Below are positions 1-9,900 of a stretch of 64,000 nucleotides of DNA, one piece after another. The stretch is from NCBI GenBank assembly GCA_963663165.1, contig OY760175.1, forward strand, positions 5,024,001 to 5,088,000, given 5' to 3'. The notes beneath the pieces were generated by a model, which made no database searches, was not told where the DNA came from, and saw only the letters and a list, made by a program, of their open reading frames with translations. Every line of letters begins with the position of its first letter. The stretch's first letter is position 1. Source of the stretch: an uncultured Desulfospira sp. (GTDB lineage Bacteria; Desulfobacterota; Desulfobacteria; Desulfobacterales; Desulfobacteraceae). A program made the position numbers and the translations under genes.

Positions 1-21
1 GAAGGAGAAGAAGAAAAGCTG

Positions 22-759
22 GTGGATCAGCTGATGTCAACCATGCTCCGGCCTGACGCCATTGTGGAGGAGGTTGTTCCCGGTCCTAAATTCATTGCGG
101 TCAAAGCAGATGGGCGAGTGGGGCTGTCCTCCCTTCTTGGGGCTGCGCCAAAACCCGGAGAAGTGGAAACGGCCATGAATTGTGTGGGGAAATCAGTAAG
201 GGACGGGGCGGCTTACTTGAAAGAATCCTCGCCGTTTTTAATTTCCCTGGGCGCGGGATGCCTCAATGCCGCTTATTGTCCTGATCCTGACCGGGTGAAC
301 CCGTTAAATTATCCGGCCGACAGCCTGATAGAGACCTTGGGCAAAGACCGGAAAGTCGGGCTGGTTGGCGAATTTCCCTTTGTCAAAGATCTGGGAGAAA
401 AAGTGGGGGAGCTTTTTTTGTTTGAACTCAAGCCGGTTGAGGGCAGCCTGCCCGAGGACCAGTGGGAAGAGGTATTATCCGGCCTGGATGTTCTGGCCCT
501 AACCGGAACCACCCTGCTGACCCGGAAGATGGCCTGGTTTTTGTCCCGGGCCGCACAGGCAAAGATCATTATTATCGGGCCCAGTACCCCGTTTGCGCCG
601 GTTTTGTTCAAACGGGGGGCGGACTATCTGTCAGGATCGGTAGTTACGGATTTTGAAAAGGTCAGGACCGGCATAGAAGCGGGCCTGCCCTTTAAAAAAG
701 TAAAGAAAAACGGCGGCGTGGTATTCACTCAGTGGGACAATCCCTTGGGTAGCGTTTAA
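22..759 (+). CDS. DUF364 (Rossmann-like, putative heavy-metal chelation) protein; may extend 5' beyond the window
   Basis: VGLVGEFP and TGTTLL...GPSTP motifs typical of DUF364; frame is open back to base 1. Confidence 0.7.
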   Translation: MDQLMSTMLRPDAIVEEVVPGPKFIAVKADGRVGLSSLLGAAPKPGEVETAMNCVGKSVRDGAAYLKESSPFLISLGAGCLNAAYCPDPDRVNPLNYPADSLIETLGKDRKVGLVGEFPFVKDLGEKVGELFLFELKPVEGSLPEDQWEEVLSGLDVLALTGTTLLTRKMAWFLSRAAQAKIIIIGPSTPFAPVLFKRGADYLSGSVVTDFEKVRTGIEAGLPFKKVKKNGGVVFTQWDNPLGSV

Positions 760-797
760 CCAGTGAGAGCGAATTTAAAAACAAAGGATTCATTTTC

Positions 798-1565
798 ATG
801 TTAAAAAAAGAGATTCAGGACCAGGTGCTTATTGCCACCTTAACCGATCAGAAAACCAATGCCATTGACCTTGATACCCTAAGGCAGCTGGCTGAGGCAG
901 TCAAAGAAGTTAATGCTGATCCGGCCGTCAAGGGCCTTGTCCTTACCGGAGAAGGACGGTTTTTTTCAAGCGGTTTCAGCCTGCCCATGTTCATTGATTT
1001 TAAAACCGCAGAAGATGTTGTGGATTTTTTTACAGAGGAAGAGGATACCCTTGTGGGCTTTTTCACTTGTTCAAAGCCGGTGGTTGCGGCCATGAACGGC
1101 CATTCCGCCGCCATGGGAATGATTCTGGCCATGGCCTCAGACTACAGAATTGCGGCCGACCACCCCAAAATCAAGCTGGGAATGAGTGAAATTAAGATTG
1201 GCCTGGCCCTGTCCGTTGCCCAGGCCGCCATCATGCGGTTTGGCCTGGATACCAACAAACGGTTCAGGGATGTCATGTATTTTGGTGAAATGGTTGACCC
1301 AAAATCTGCAAAGAAACTTGGAATGGTGGATGAGGTGGTTGAGCAGGCCTGTCTGATTTCAAGGGCCAAGGAAATTGTTTCCCTTTGGATTGATACCCCG
1401 AACCGGCCCTTTGTCCAGCTTAAGGCGTCACTTAAAAAGGACACGGTTGAGGCCATTAGAGCGGAGCTTGCCAGGGGTAAGTGGAAAGATGCGATGTCTG
1501 CTGCTTTGCTCAATCCGACTGTCAAGGCTACCTTGGAATTTGTTCAGGCATCCATGGAAAAATAA
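798..1565 (+). CDS. Enoyl-CoA hydratase/isomerase (crotonase family)
   Basis: FSSGFSL, KPVVAAMNGH, LGMSEIKIG crotonase motifs; AAGGA RBS. Confidence 0.9.
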   Translation: MLKKEIQDQVLIATLTDQKTNAIDLDTLRQLAEAVKEVNADPAVKGLVLTGEGRFFSSGFSLPMFIDFKTAEDVVDFFTEEEDTLVGFFTCSKPVVAAMNGHSAAMGMILAMASDYRIAADHPKIKLGMSEIKIGLALSVAQAAIMRFGLDTNKRFRDVMYFGEMVDPKSAKKLGMVDEVVEQACLISRAKEIVSLWIDTPNRPFVQLKASLKKDTVEAIRAELARGKWKDAMSAALLNPTVKATLEFVQASMEK

Positions 1566-1595
1566 TGTCTGGGTGGAAATCCGTGGTTGGGCGGC

Positions 1596-2249
1596 TTAAA
1601 CCCCGATGCCTAAGAACCTGGACCGTATCCTCTCCAGGTGGCGCACCAGATGGTCTTTTCTGGCCCGGCCAACCTGATCGGGCTGGTTCTCTTTTAACAG
1701 CCGGGAAAGATCGGTTAAATCATTTTGAACGGCGCCAACCTCTAAATTCCATGCCGTATTGTCCATTTTGAGCATGGTGAAATACCAGAGGCGAAAGGTT
1801 AACAGGTAGAGCCGTTCCGACATCTCTATTAAAAAGGGGTTGCCGGCGGCTTCGTGAAATATCTGCTTGATTTCCATGTCCAGATCTGCAAGGGCTCTGG
1901 GGTCTTTATGATCAACCAGGGCGTCGCACCGGGCCTGAAATTCATCCATCCGGTTCATCAGCGGCCGGGTAAACCGTTCAGCGGCCATGGTGCCGATGAC
2001 CCCCTCTAATTCCAGTCTGGCCTGGAACACATTGGTGATGGTGTTGATTTCCAGTTCGGAAACCTGGATGCCGGTCCGGGGAAGAATCCTAACCAGGTGT
2101 TCCCATTCAAGACGAAATAAAACCGTCCTTAAAGGCGTCCGGCTGACACCGAATTCTTTGGCCAGGACCTGCTCTTTTAAGATGGTTCCCGGGGGGGCTT
2201 CAAGGTAGATGATGCGGTCCCTGAGCCGATTATAAATATCCTGATTCAT
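1596..2249 (-). CDS. GntR/FadR-family transcriptional regulator
   Basis: wHTH LAKEFGVSRTPLR and FCD-like C-terminus (FHEAAGNPFL). Confidence 0.9.
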   Translation of the reverse strand: MNQDIYNRLRDRIIYLEAPPGTILKEQVLAKEFGVSRTPLRTVLFRLEWEHLVRILPRTGIQVSELEINTITNVFQARLELEGVIGTMAAERFTRPLMNRMDEFQARCDALVDHKDPRALADLDMEIKQIFHEAAGNPFLIEMSERLYLLTFRLWYFTMLKMDNTAWNLEVGAVQNDLTDLSRLLKENQPDQVGRARKDHLVRHLERIRSRFLGIGV

Positions 2250-2413
2250 GGTATACCTTAATAATTCTTATGATTTTTTTTAAAAATATTTTAACCATCA
2301 TATTCTAAAATCATTTGATATTTCAAGATAATTTCATATTGACTTTAAAAATTTTTATAGTATACCATAAAAATATTAAAATAATTATAATAAATAAAAC
2401 GAAAGGTTAAACA

Positions 2414-3691
2414 ATGAATGACAATATAACTCACGGACTCTGGGATGTGACGGCCAAAGACAAACCGTCTCTTGAACCATTCAAGGGCGTTCAAACAACG
2501 GATGTGGCCATTGTCGGCGGTGGATTTACCGGACTTTCCGCAGCCCTTCATCTGGCCCGGGCCCAAAAAGAATGCGTTATGCTTGAAGCAAAGCATGTGG
2601 GCTTTGGCGGTTCGGGAAGAAATGTGGGGCTGGTCAATGCCGGCCTCTGGCTCATGCCTGAGGATGTGGTCAAGCTGGTGGGGCCCCGGTATGGCGAACA
2701 GCTGATCCGGATTCTCGGGGCTTCGCCGGAGCTGGTCTACGGGATTATTGAAGAATATGGAATTGACTGTGAGGCCTGGCATTACGGGACCCTTCACTGT
2801 GCCGACTCCAGCGCCGGGCTGAAAAACCTTGAGCAAAGACAAGCCCAGTGGCAGGCCCAGGGGGCCCCGGTAAAACTGCTCAGCAAAGCAGAGGCCGCAG
2901 AAAAACTCGGCACTGACGTGTATCTTGGTGCCCTGCTGGATGAACGGGCCGGCACGGTTCAGCCTTTGTCTTACACCTATGGGCTGGCCAATGCCGCCTT
3001 AAAAGAGGGGGCTGCCCTGTATGAGCAATCCCCTGTTCAGGGACTGGAAAGGCAGGGAAACCTGTGGACGCTGACCACGCCGCAAGGGACCTTGACCGCA
3101 GAATCCGTTATTCTGGCGCTCAATGGGTATCCGGAGGCCGCCTTTGGAGAGCAGATGGGCAATATTGTTCCGTTTAATTATTTTCAATTTGCCACCCGTC
3201 CCCTGCCGCCAAAAATTCTTGAAACGGTCATCCCCGGGAAAAACGGGGCCTGGGACACCAATCTGATTCTCTCATCTTACCGGCTTGACGCTCAGGGAAG
3301 GCTTATTATCGGCAGTGTGGGAAGCCTTGACGGAATGGCAAAAGGGATCAATGAGGCCTGGGCAAAACGATCGGTTAAAAAAGCGTTTCCCCAGATTGAT
3401 GATGTCGAATTTGAATATGGCTGGTACGGCCGGATCGCCATGACCACCAACCATATCCCCCGATTTCATATCCTGGGCGACAACATGGCCATGGTCACCT
3501 GTTATAATGGCCGCGGCATAGGTCCCGGCACCGTTTTCGGTAAACTTCTGGCAGAATATATGTCCGGCGGGTCTGTTGATGATATTCCCCTGCCCGTATC
3601 TCAGGTTAAGCCGGTTGCGGGCCGGATGGCCAGGGGATTGTTTTATGAGACCGGATCACGGCTGTATCACTTTGTCCAAAGAAGACTTTAA
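2414..3691 (+). CDS. FAD-dependent amine oxidoreductase, L-pipecolate oxidase (AmaA)-like, DAO family
   Basis: GGGFTGLSAALHLA, GGSGRNVGLVNAG, YNGRGIGPGT motifs. Confidence 0.8.
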   Translation: MNDNITHGLWDVTAKDKPSLEPFKGVQTTDVAIVGGGFTGLSAALHLARAQKECVMLEAKHVGFGGSGRNVGLVNAGLWLMPEDVVKLVGPRYGEQLIRILGASPELVYGIIEEYGIDCEAWHYGTLHCADSSAGLKNLEQRQAQWQAQGAPVKLLSKAEAAEKLGTDVYLGALLDERAGTVQPLSYTYGLANAALKEGAALYEQSPVQGLERQGNLWTLTTPQGTLTAESVILALNGYPEAAFGEQMGNIVPFNYFQFATRPLPPKILETVIPGKNGAWDTNLILSSYRLDAQGRLIIGSVGSLDGMAKGINEAWAKRSVKKAFPQIDDVEFEYGWYGRIAMTTNHIPRFHILGDNMAMVTCYNGRGIGPGTVFGKLLAEYMSGGSVDDIPLPVSQVKPVAGRMARGLFYETGSRLYHFVQRRL

Positions 3692-3693
3692 CA

Positions 3694-3765
3694 AAGACTG
3701 AAGACTCAAGGCAGATAGGCTGAAGGCTGTGCAACCCTTCAGCCTAACGGCCTTCAGTCTAAACC
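3694..3765. repeat. Short imperfect ~7-mer repeats (AGGCTGA/TCAGCCT) forming a hairpin between convergent genes; probable bidirectional terminator
   Basis: taggctgaagg...ccttcagccta inverted pair between stops at 3691 and 3767. Confidence 0.5.
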
Positions 3766-3766
3766 C

Positions 3767-5044
3767 CTAAACCAGTACCTTTTCCAGCCCGGACACCAGA
3801 AAATCAATCTCTTCTTCAGTGATCACCAGGGGAGGGGAGATCCGGATGGTATGGCCGTGGCTGTCATTGGTCACGATACCGTGGTCCAGCAGTTTCCGGC
3901 AAAAATCCATGGCATTTCCCTCTTTGACCTCAATGCCGATAAACAGCCCTTTTCCCCTGACCTCTTTGACATGGGAAGATCTGGCCGCAACGGCCTCAAT
4001 TTTATCTTTAAGGATTTTTCCCTTTCTTTCGGACTGCCCTGCTAAGTCCTCTTCCTGAAACACTTTCAGGGAGGCGGTCCCGGCCACGCAGGCCAGGGGA
4101 TACCCCCCAAAGGTGGACCCGTCAGACCCCTTGGTGAAAATCATGTCCATGAGTCCGGCATTGGTGATGAACACGGAAAGGGGAACCAGTCCCCCGGACA
4201 GGGCCTTGCCCAGGATCACGCCGTCCGGGACAATTTTTTCATGCTCAAAACAAAATTTTTTCCCGGTCCGCCCCATGCCCACCTGGATTTCGTCACAGAC
4301 CAGGAGCAGGTCATGGTCATCAGAAATTTCCCTTAACCCTTTAAGGAAGCCATCCGGCGGAATGATCATCCCGCCTTCTCCCTGGAACGGCTCAACCAGG
4401 ATTCCGCATGTGTTGGCCGTGACGGCTTTTTTAACGGCATTCAGATTGCCGAACTCAACACTGACAAATCCCGGGGTCAGGGGGCCGAACCCTTCCTTAT
4501 ATTTTGGGGTCGAAGAAAAGGAAATCACGGAAATGGTCCGGCCATGAAAATTGTTGTTAAACACAATGATTTCCTGTTTTCCGTCAGGGATCCCTTTTTG
4601 CTTGAATCCATAATACCGCATGGTTTTAATGGCCGTCTCCACCGATTCCACCCCGCCGTTTTTGGGCAGCACCTTGTTGCCGTGATTGCCGAACCTTGGG
4701 CCCATTTGGGGAGCGAATTTGGCCGCCTCTGAAAGGAAAATCCCTAGGGGATCGGTATAGACCACATTGGAAAGAACCGAGGCATAATTGCCGATCAGGG
4801 CATCCATGACCGCATTGGTAATGGCCGGGTGATGGTGGCCGGGGTTGGCGGCGGAATAGGCGGCCAGGCAGTCCAGATACCGCTTGCCCTTATTATCGGT
4901 AAGCCAGCACCCCTTAGCCTGCCTTACCACCAGGTTGATCCGGTCGTAATGATGGGCCCCGAAATCCTGTTCAAGGCCGAATATGGTGGTATCCTTTTCA
5001 TTGGAAAAACCATTAAAGGAATGAATTTTGCGCATGCTTGTCAT
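3767..5044 (-). CDS. rocD: Ornithine aminotransferase (class III PLP aminotransferase)
   Basis: DCLAAYSAANPGH, FHGRT, EPFQGEGG, DEIQVGMGRTG, LGKALSGG, GSTFGG. Confidence 0.8.
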   Translation of the reverse strand: MTSMRKIHSFNGFSNEKDTTIFGLEQDFGAHHYDRINLVVRQAKGCWLTDNKGKRYLDCLAAYSAANPGHHHPAITNAVMDALIGNYASVLSNVVYTDPLGIFLSEAAKFAPQMGPRFGNHGNKVLPKNGGVESVETAIKTMRYYGFKQKGIPDGKQEIIVFNNNFHGRTISVISFSSTPKYKEGFGPLTPGFVSVEFGNLNAVKKAVTANTCGILVEPFQGEGGMIIPPDGFLKGLREISDDHDLLLVCDEIQVGMGRTGKKFCFEHEKIVPDGVILGKALSGGLVPLSVFITNAGLMDMIFTKGSDGSTFGGYPLACVAGTASLKVFQEEDLAGQSERKGKILKDKIEAVAARSSHVKEVRGKGLFIGIEVKEGNAMDFCRKLLDHGIVTNDSHGHTIRISPPLVITEEEIDFLVSGLEKVLV

Positions 5045-5056
5045 GATGCACCTCCT

Positions 5057-5125
5057 TAGTTTAGCTATTGGCTTTTAGCCTTTAGCTATTAGCCGTTAAA
5101 AGCTAACGGCTAACGGCTAACCGCT
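5057..5125. repeat. Heptamer tandem repeats in inverted arrangement (ttagcNN / NNgctaa)
   Basis: tttagctattggcttttagcctttagctattagcc...agctaacggctaacggctaaccgct. Confidence 0.6.
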
Positions 5126-5130
5126 TATTT

Positions 5131-5919
5131 TCAATGCTCGCTTTGAATCAAATGGTAAATCTGTTTTTCTTCCATGGTCAGTTCCCGGCCCTGGTCCAGG
5201 ATCTTGTCCAGGAAGCAATGGTAAAAGTCATGTTTAAGGCTGTCCCGGCCGGCAATAACGAACCACGGGTTCCGGGTCCAGTTGACCGGGGAGCCGTTTT
5301 CGTTTCCCTGTTCAAATATCCCGGTCAGGGCCTGGGCTTTATCACCAACAATGTCAAAAGACCGGCCCCCGATAGTGCTGATCAGGGTTTCATGGCCCGG
5401 ATGGGTAACCTGAATTTCAAACTTTCGATCCACTTTTCCCATGGCAATGTACCGGATGGCTGCCCCTCTTTTTTGTGCTTTTTCCAGGTATGGCCCTAAC
5501 TGCCTGTCTTCGTCGGGAAAGAGCCTGACATAGAGTTCCTCTTGTGATGATTCGATCATTTCAATCGCCTTTTCCATCACGTTGTCATAACCGGTCAGGG
5601 TCCAGACAAACTCCAGGTTTTCCTTTTGAGAGGCTTTCCGGATCTGGGCTTCAAAGGCTGAAATGGTAGTTTCAAACCCTCTTTTTAAGCGGCGGATCAG
5701 TTCATCTGAGGGCAGGGGGGCGTAAAGGCCGGTATTGACTTCAACCACGTATCCTTTGGCGGTCAGATTCCTTAACACATCATAAATCCTGGACCGGGCA
5801 ATCCCCGAGAGTTTGCTTAGCTGAGAGCCGTTAACGGGATGATCTTTTATCAGGGCCATATAACAGGCAGCTTCATATTGTGAAAACCCCAGGTCTTTTA
5901 AATTTGAGTTGTTTTCCAT
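5131..5919 (-). CDS. TrmB-family transcriptional regulator
   Basis: LGFSQYEAACY...SGIARSRIYDVL N-terminal TrmB HTH. Confidence 0.9.
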   Translation of the reverse strand: MENNSNLKDLGFSQYEAACYMALIKDHPVNGSQLSKLSGIARSRIYDVLRNLTAKGYVVEVNTGLYAPLPSDELIRRLKRGFETTISAFEAQIRKASQKENLEFVWTLTGYDNVMEKAIEMIESSQEELYVRLFPDEDRQLGPYLEKAQKRGAAIRYIAMGKVDRKFEIQVTHPGHETLISTIGGRSFDIVGDKAQALTGIFEQGNENGSPVNWTRNPWFVIAGRDSLKHDFYHCFLDKILDQGRELTMEEKQIYHLIQSEH

Positions 5920-5930
5920 GTTTGTTTTTT

Positions 5931-5990
5931 CGGTTAATTTATTGTTGCTACCTTAATAGCAACAATAAATTAACCGGGGAATATTGTCAA
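5931..5990 (-). promoter_or_regulatory. Perfect 20-bp inverted repeat (probable TrmB operator) overlapping a sigma-70 promoter
   Basis: cggttaatttattgttgcta-N6-tagcaacaataaattaaccg (5931-5976); minus-strand TTGACA (5990-5985)-17 nt-TATTGT. Confidence 0.6.
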
Positions 5991-6097
5991 GTTTAAACCC
6001 ATTGGATTCCAAAACAAAGAATTGACAATTCAGGTTGCCTGTGGGCATATAAACACTTTAATTAAAACCCGTCCAGGACAGCACAAAGGAGTTAAAA

Positions 6098-6661
6098 ATG
6101 GGAAATTTAAATAAGGTCATGCTCATCGGCAGGTTGGGCAGGGATCCGGAGATCCGGTACAGCCAGCAGGGCGCTGCTGTGGTGAATTGTGCCCTGGCCA
6201 CCACGGAATTCTGGAATGATAAAAACAGCGGTGAACGCCAGGAACGGACCGAATGGCACCGGATTGTGATTTTCGGCAAACAGGGGGAAACCTTTGAACG
6301 ATACATGTCCAAAGGCAGCCAGGTCTATGTGGAAGGCAGCCTTCGGACCACTTCCTATGAAAAAGAAGGCCAGACCCATTATTCAACGGATATCGTTGTG
6401 AGTAATTTTCAGTTTCTCGATTCCAAAGGCGGCGGCCAGAGCGGCGGCCAGAGCGGCGGTTATAACCAGGGCGGTGCTTATCCCCAGCAGGGCGGACCTC
6501 AACAGGGCCGACCCCAGCAGGGCGGGGGCGGATATCCCCAGCAAAACGGCGGACCGGCTCCCAATTCCAATAACTTTCAGGGGCACACCAGCCCGGGCAT
6601 GGCCCCGGACCAGGGGTTTAACGGCGGCAGCGCCATTCCCGATGACGATATCCCGTTTTAA
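6098..6661 (+). CDS. ssb: Single-stranded DNA-binding protein
   Basis: LNKVMLIGRLGRDPE, TEWHRIV, G/Q-rich linker, DDDIPF tail. Confidence 0.98.
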   Translation: MGNLNKVMLIGRLGRDPEIRYSQQGAAVVNCALATTEFWNDKNSGERQERTEWHRIVIFGKQGETFERYMSKGSQVYVEGSLRTTSYEKEGQTHYSTDIVVSNFQFLDSKGGGQSGGQSGGYNQGGAYPQQGGPQQGRPQQGGGGYPQQNGGPAPNSNNFQGHTSPGMAPDQGFNGGSAIPDDDIPF

Positions 6662-6863
6662 GCTGAATCGTTGCCCGGACAAATACCCATGTCTGGATGG
6701 CTCGTTAGAGGAGCTTTAGCTCACAAAGCGGCCAGAGGCAAGGCGTAACCTAAATAAAGGTCAGAAACCAGAAAAAGTATGGCAGCCGGAGCAACCTTTT
6801 GGTTGTGGGGATTGCCATTTTTCTGAAGCAAAGCAGATGGGTGACTTTTCGTTTAAACACGAA

Positions 6864-6960
6864 TTAATCCCTGGGGCGTTCCTTACGCCAGCCCCTGGGA
6901 CTTTGATAATGCCGGCCCAGGACCACATGCCTGCGCCGGCGTTCCGGGTTTTTTTCTCTT
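6864..6960 (-). pseudogene. Frameshifted 3'-end remnant of a thermonuclease gene homologous to 10902..11546
   Basis: Reads EKKTRNAGAGMWS / (1-nt deletion) LGRHYQSPRGWRKERPRD* versus intact EKKARNAGTGMWSQGRRYQSPRIWRISHPRKN*. Confidence 0.75.
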
Positions 6961-6990
6961 CTTGAAAGTACTGACATATTTCGGCTAAGA

Positions 6991-9900
6991 TTAAAACGGG
7001 AATCGAAAATTGATGCTGCCTGTGTGGTTCTTAAAGTCTTTTCGTGCTTCCATACGGTAATGCAGGGCAATTTCGAGGCCGGTTGAATGGTTTAGTTCAT
7101 AGCCTATTCCACCGCGATAAACAATTTCATCCGGACTATTGCCCCGGATCGCAAAAGAAGGCCCGCCTCCAGCATAGCTTGAAATTAGAGAAGATGTGTC
7201 AGCTAAGAAATCGTACCCGATATCGATACGGGCCGTCAGATTTTGATTCGATGCAACCGCATACTTAAGCCCGCCGCCGATGGAGGCTACCAGGCTATCT
7301 GCATCAGTGCCTTCCACTGACAGGTTCAGGCTGTCTGCCCCAGTTTCCTCATATCCCTCGACATCCAGGTAAATGTATTGGATTTTCAAAGATGTTGAAA
7401 GGGAAAGTTTTTCGTCTAAGGCCCAGGTCTTTATCAACTCACCGTCTAAAAGGGCATGTAGAGAATCATATTTGGCAGAAGCAATCCGGTTAATGTTACC
7501 AAAAAGAATATTTCTGTCCGATTCATTGGTGTTGAATCCAAGGGCTCCAATGAGATTCAATGTGAGTGTGTCTGTTATTTCGTTATTTGTGTACAGTGTG
7601 GCCTGCCAGGTTTTTACATCCTGAGTATGGGTTGCAATTGAAGAATCGCTATTGATATCGGATGTCCCGTAAGATAAGGCGGCACCAATTTGCAAGTTGG
7701 GATGGACCCGTCCATCCACGCCGATAACAAGTCCATAAGTATCGGCCGTATAACCGTCTATGCCATTGCGTTTATCCTGCTCTGTTCTCGAATAATAAGG
7801 CTTAATCCAGGCCATCCGGTCTTCAAAAACGGCATCTCCTGCGGACATGCCCCTGAAACCGGCCATACGGCTGCCGACCACCTGGACTGCACCGTTGACG
7901 GCCAGATCAAAGCCAATTTGATTTCCGGCCCCAGCCAATACCGGCACTATCTGGGCCACTGCCCGGCCTACCTGATTATTGGTGCCAAGGGCACTGAGTT
8001 CATTGAGAACAGTCTGCATATCGCCATTGGTTGTGCCGGTTTGAAAAAGATGATCCAGAACCCCTGCCGCTCCAGAGGCCAGTGGGCTGAAAACGGAACT
8101 GCTGCCTGAGACTGCTTCTGTGCAGGTCAGATGGCTTTTATAAATTAAATCGATGGCATTGTTATTAATGTAAGGGACAAACCTCCACATGGCACTATTA
8201 TAATTCACCGTAATTTCGTCAGAATCAGCAATTAGAATTCCTGCAGAAACGACATCCTGAAGAACATCATTTGCCTTTAGGGTGTTATCAGAGGACAATT
8301 CAACAGTCAGAGTGTTTGAATCACTGAAATCAGCTGTGCCGGTGACCACCAGTTTACCATAGTCGGCAATACCGCATGCTTCCAGCACAAGAGAGCCGTT
8401 TTCGGTCTGGGAATAATTGCCTTCGATCCTGCCGGTTTGTCCGCCGGTAACCGTCAGAACAGAATTATTGACAAAATAATTGCTATGGTTATCAGTATTG
8501 GCTGCATGGTTTAAGAAAGATGAGCCGGAATTCAGGGATAGTGTCCCGTTTAAAAAAACTTCAGAGCCTGTGTGGGTATGGACGCCGGCCAGAGAATAGG
8601 TGCTTCCCTGACCAATATATATGGTGCCGTCTGTGGACATGGCCCGGGTGACATTCAGATTGGCAGCAGCGTCTGCAATGGCGGCAAGACTTGTCGTGTC
8701 GCCGAACCCCTCCGGTACGCTTACCCCGTCAAATGTAAGTCCGCCGATGAAAAGATTTCTAAATTCGTTAGAGGTGCCGCTCAAGGTCGTCGATCCGCCG
8801 GCAAAATATCCGTCCCAACTGCCGTCTGACGAAGATGTAATACTGCCCCCCAAAGTGAGGGTAAAATTGGGGTCTACAGCCGTCATGTTCGCAGTTCCGT
8901 CCCTGTTTTTCGCATAACCGAATGTCAGGTGAGCGGTCCTTCCCGATGTCAGGTGAGCGGCCCATCCTGCACCGCTGTTGTGGATATCCCCGGCAATGTC
9001 AACCCCGTTGAGGAGGTGAAATACATTTTCTCCGGACGGTTGGTCGGAATCTCCCCCCGGCCCTATAAGATTATACATGGATTGGGAATGCAGGGCATAA
9101 GATCCTGACCCGGATGCTGAAATCCAACCTGACAGATGGACAGAATTTCCCCCGTATTCCAAATTGATCCCGTCTGCCCCGTCACCTGCGGCTGAAACAA
9201 TTCCTGAAATATTTAAAAAATTGTCACTGCTGGTAAAGATTCCGTGGGCTTCGGTTCCCGATGTGGAGACGGTACCGGACATGAGCAGATTGGTTCCGTA
9301 AACTATAATGCCATAGGATTGCGTACCAGAAGTCTGAATCGTTCCTGACACATCAGCACCTTCGCCAGGATTGAGGCCTGGATTTTGATAACCAGTGGTG
9401 GAGATGGTGCCGGACATGTCAAGATGTCCGGAAGCCTCTATGCAGGTCCCGTTATCGCCGGCACTGGAAACAATTCCGGATATGTTCAAATTACTGCTTC
9501 CCTCATCATGGATTCCCGTGTTGCCCAAAGATAAAACGGAACCGGAAATGTTGACCGTGTCCAGATAGGCGGTATGAATGTATCCGTTGACGGTTCCTGA
9601 AACGTTCAGCATGTCTGCGTAATACACCCCAATGCTCATCCCTGTGGAGTTTTTGGTATTCACAGTGCCGGAAATGTCTATAGTATTGCCGCCGTAATTA
9701 TAGATGCCGGGAGACGTCTCTCCGGATGTGGTGATGGTGCCGGACATATTGATATTTGTCCCGTACCCTGTATATAAGCCGTGCGCGTTTTCTCCAGCAG
9801 TCGTAATGGTGCCCGAGACGTTGATGTTATTTCCCGACACGGCAATAATTGCGTCTGCATATTTTCCCTGGGTGGTAATACTGCCGGTCAGGTTTATGTG

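Noticed and set aside
6864..7070. 68-aa ORF
   Set aside because: Chimera of an autotransporter off-frame segment and the nuclease remnant.
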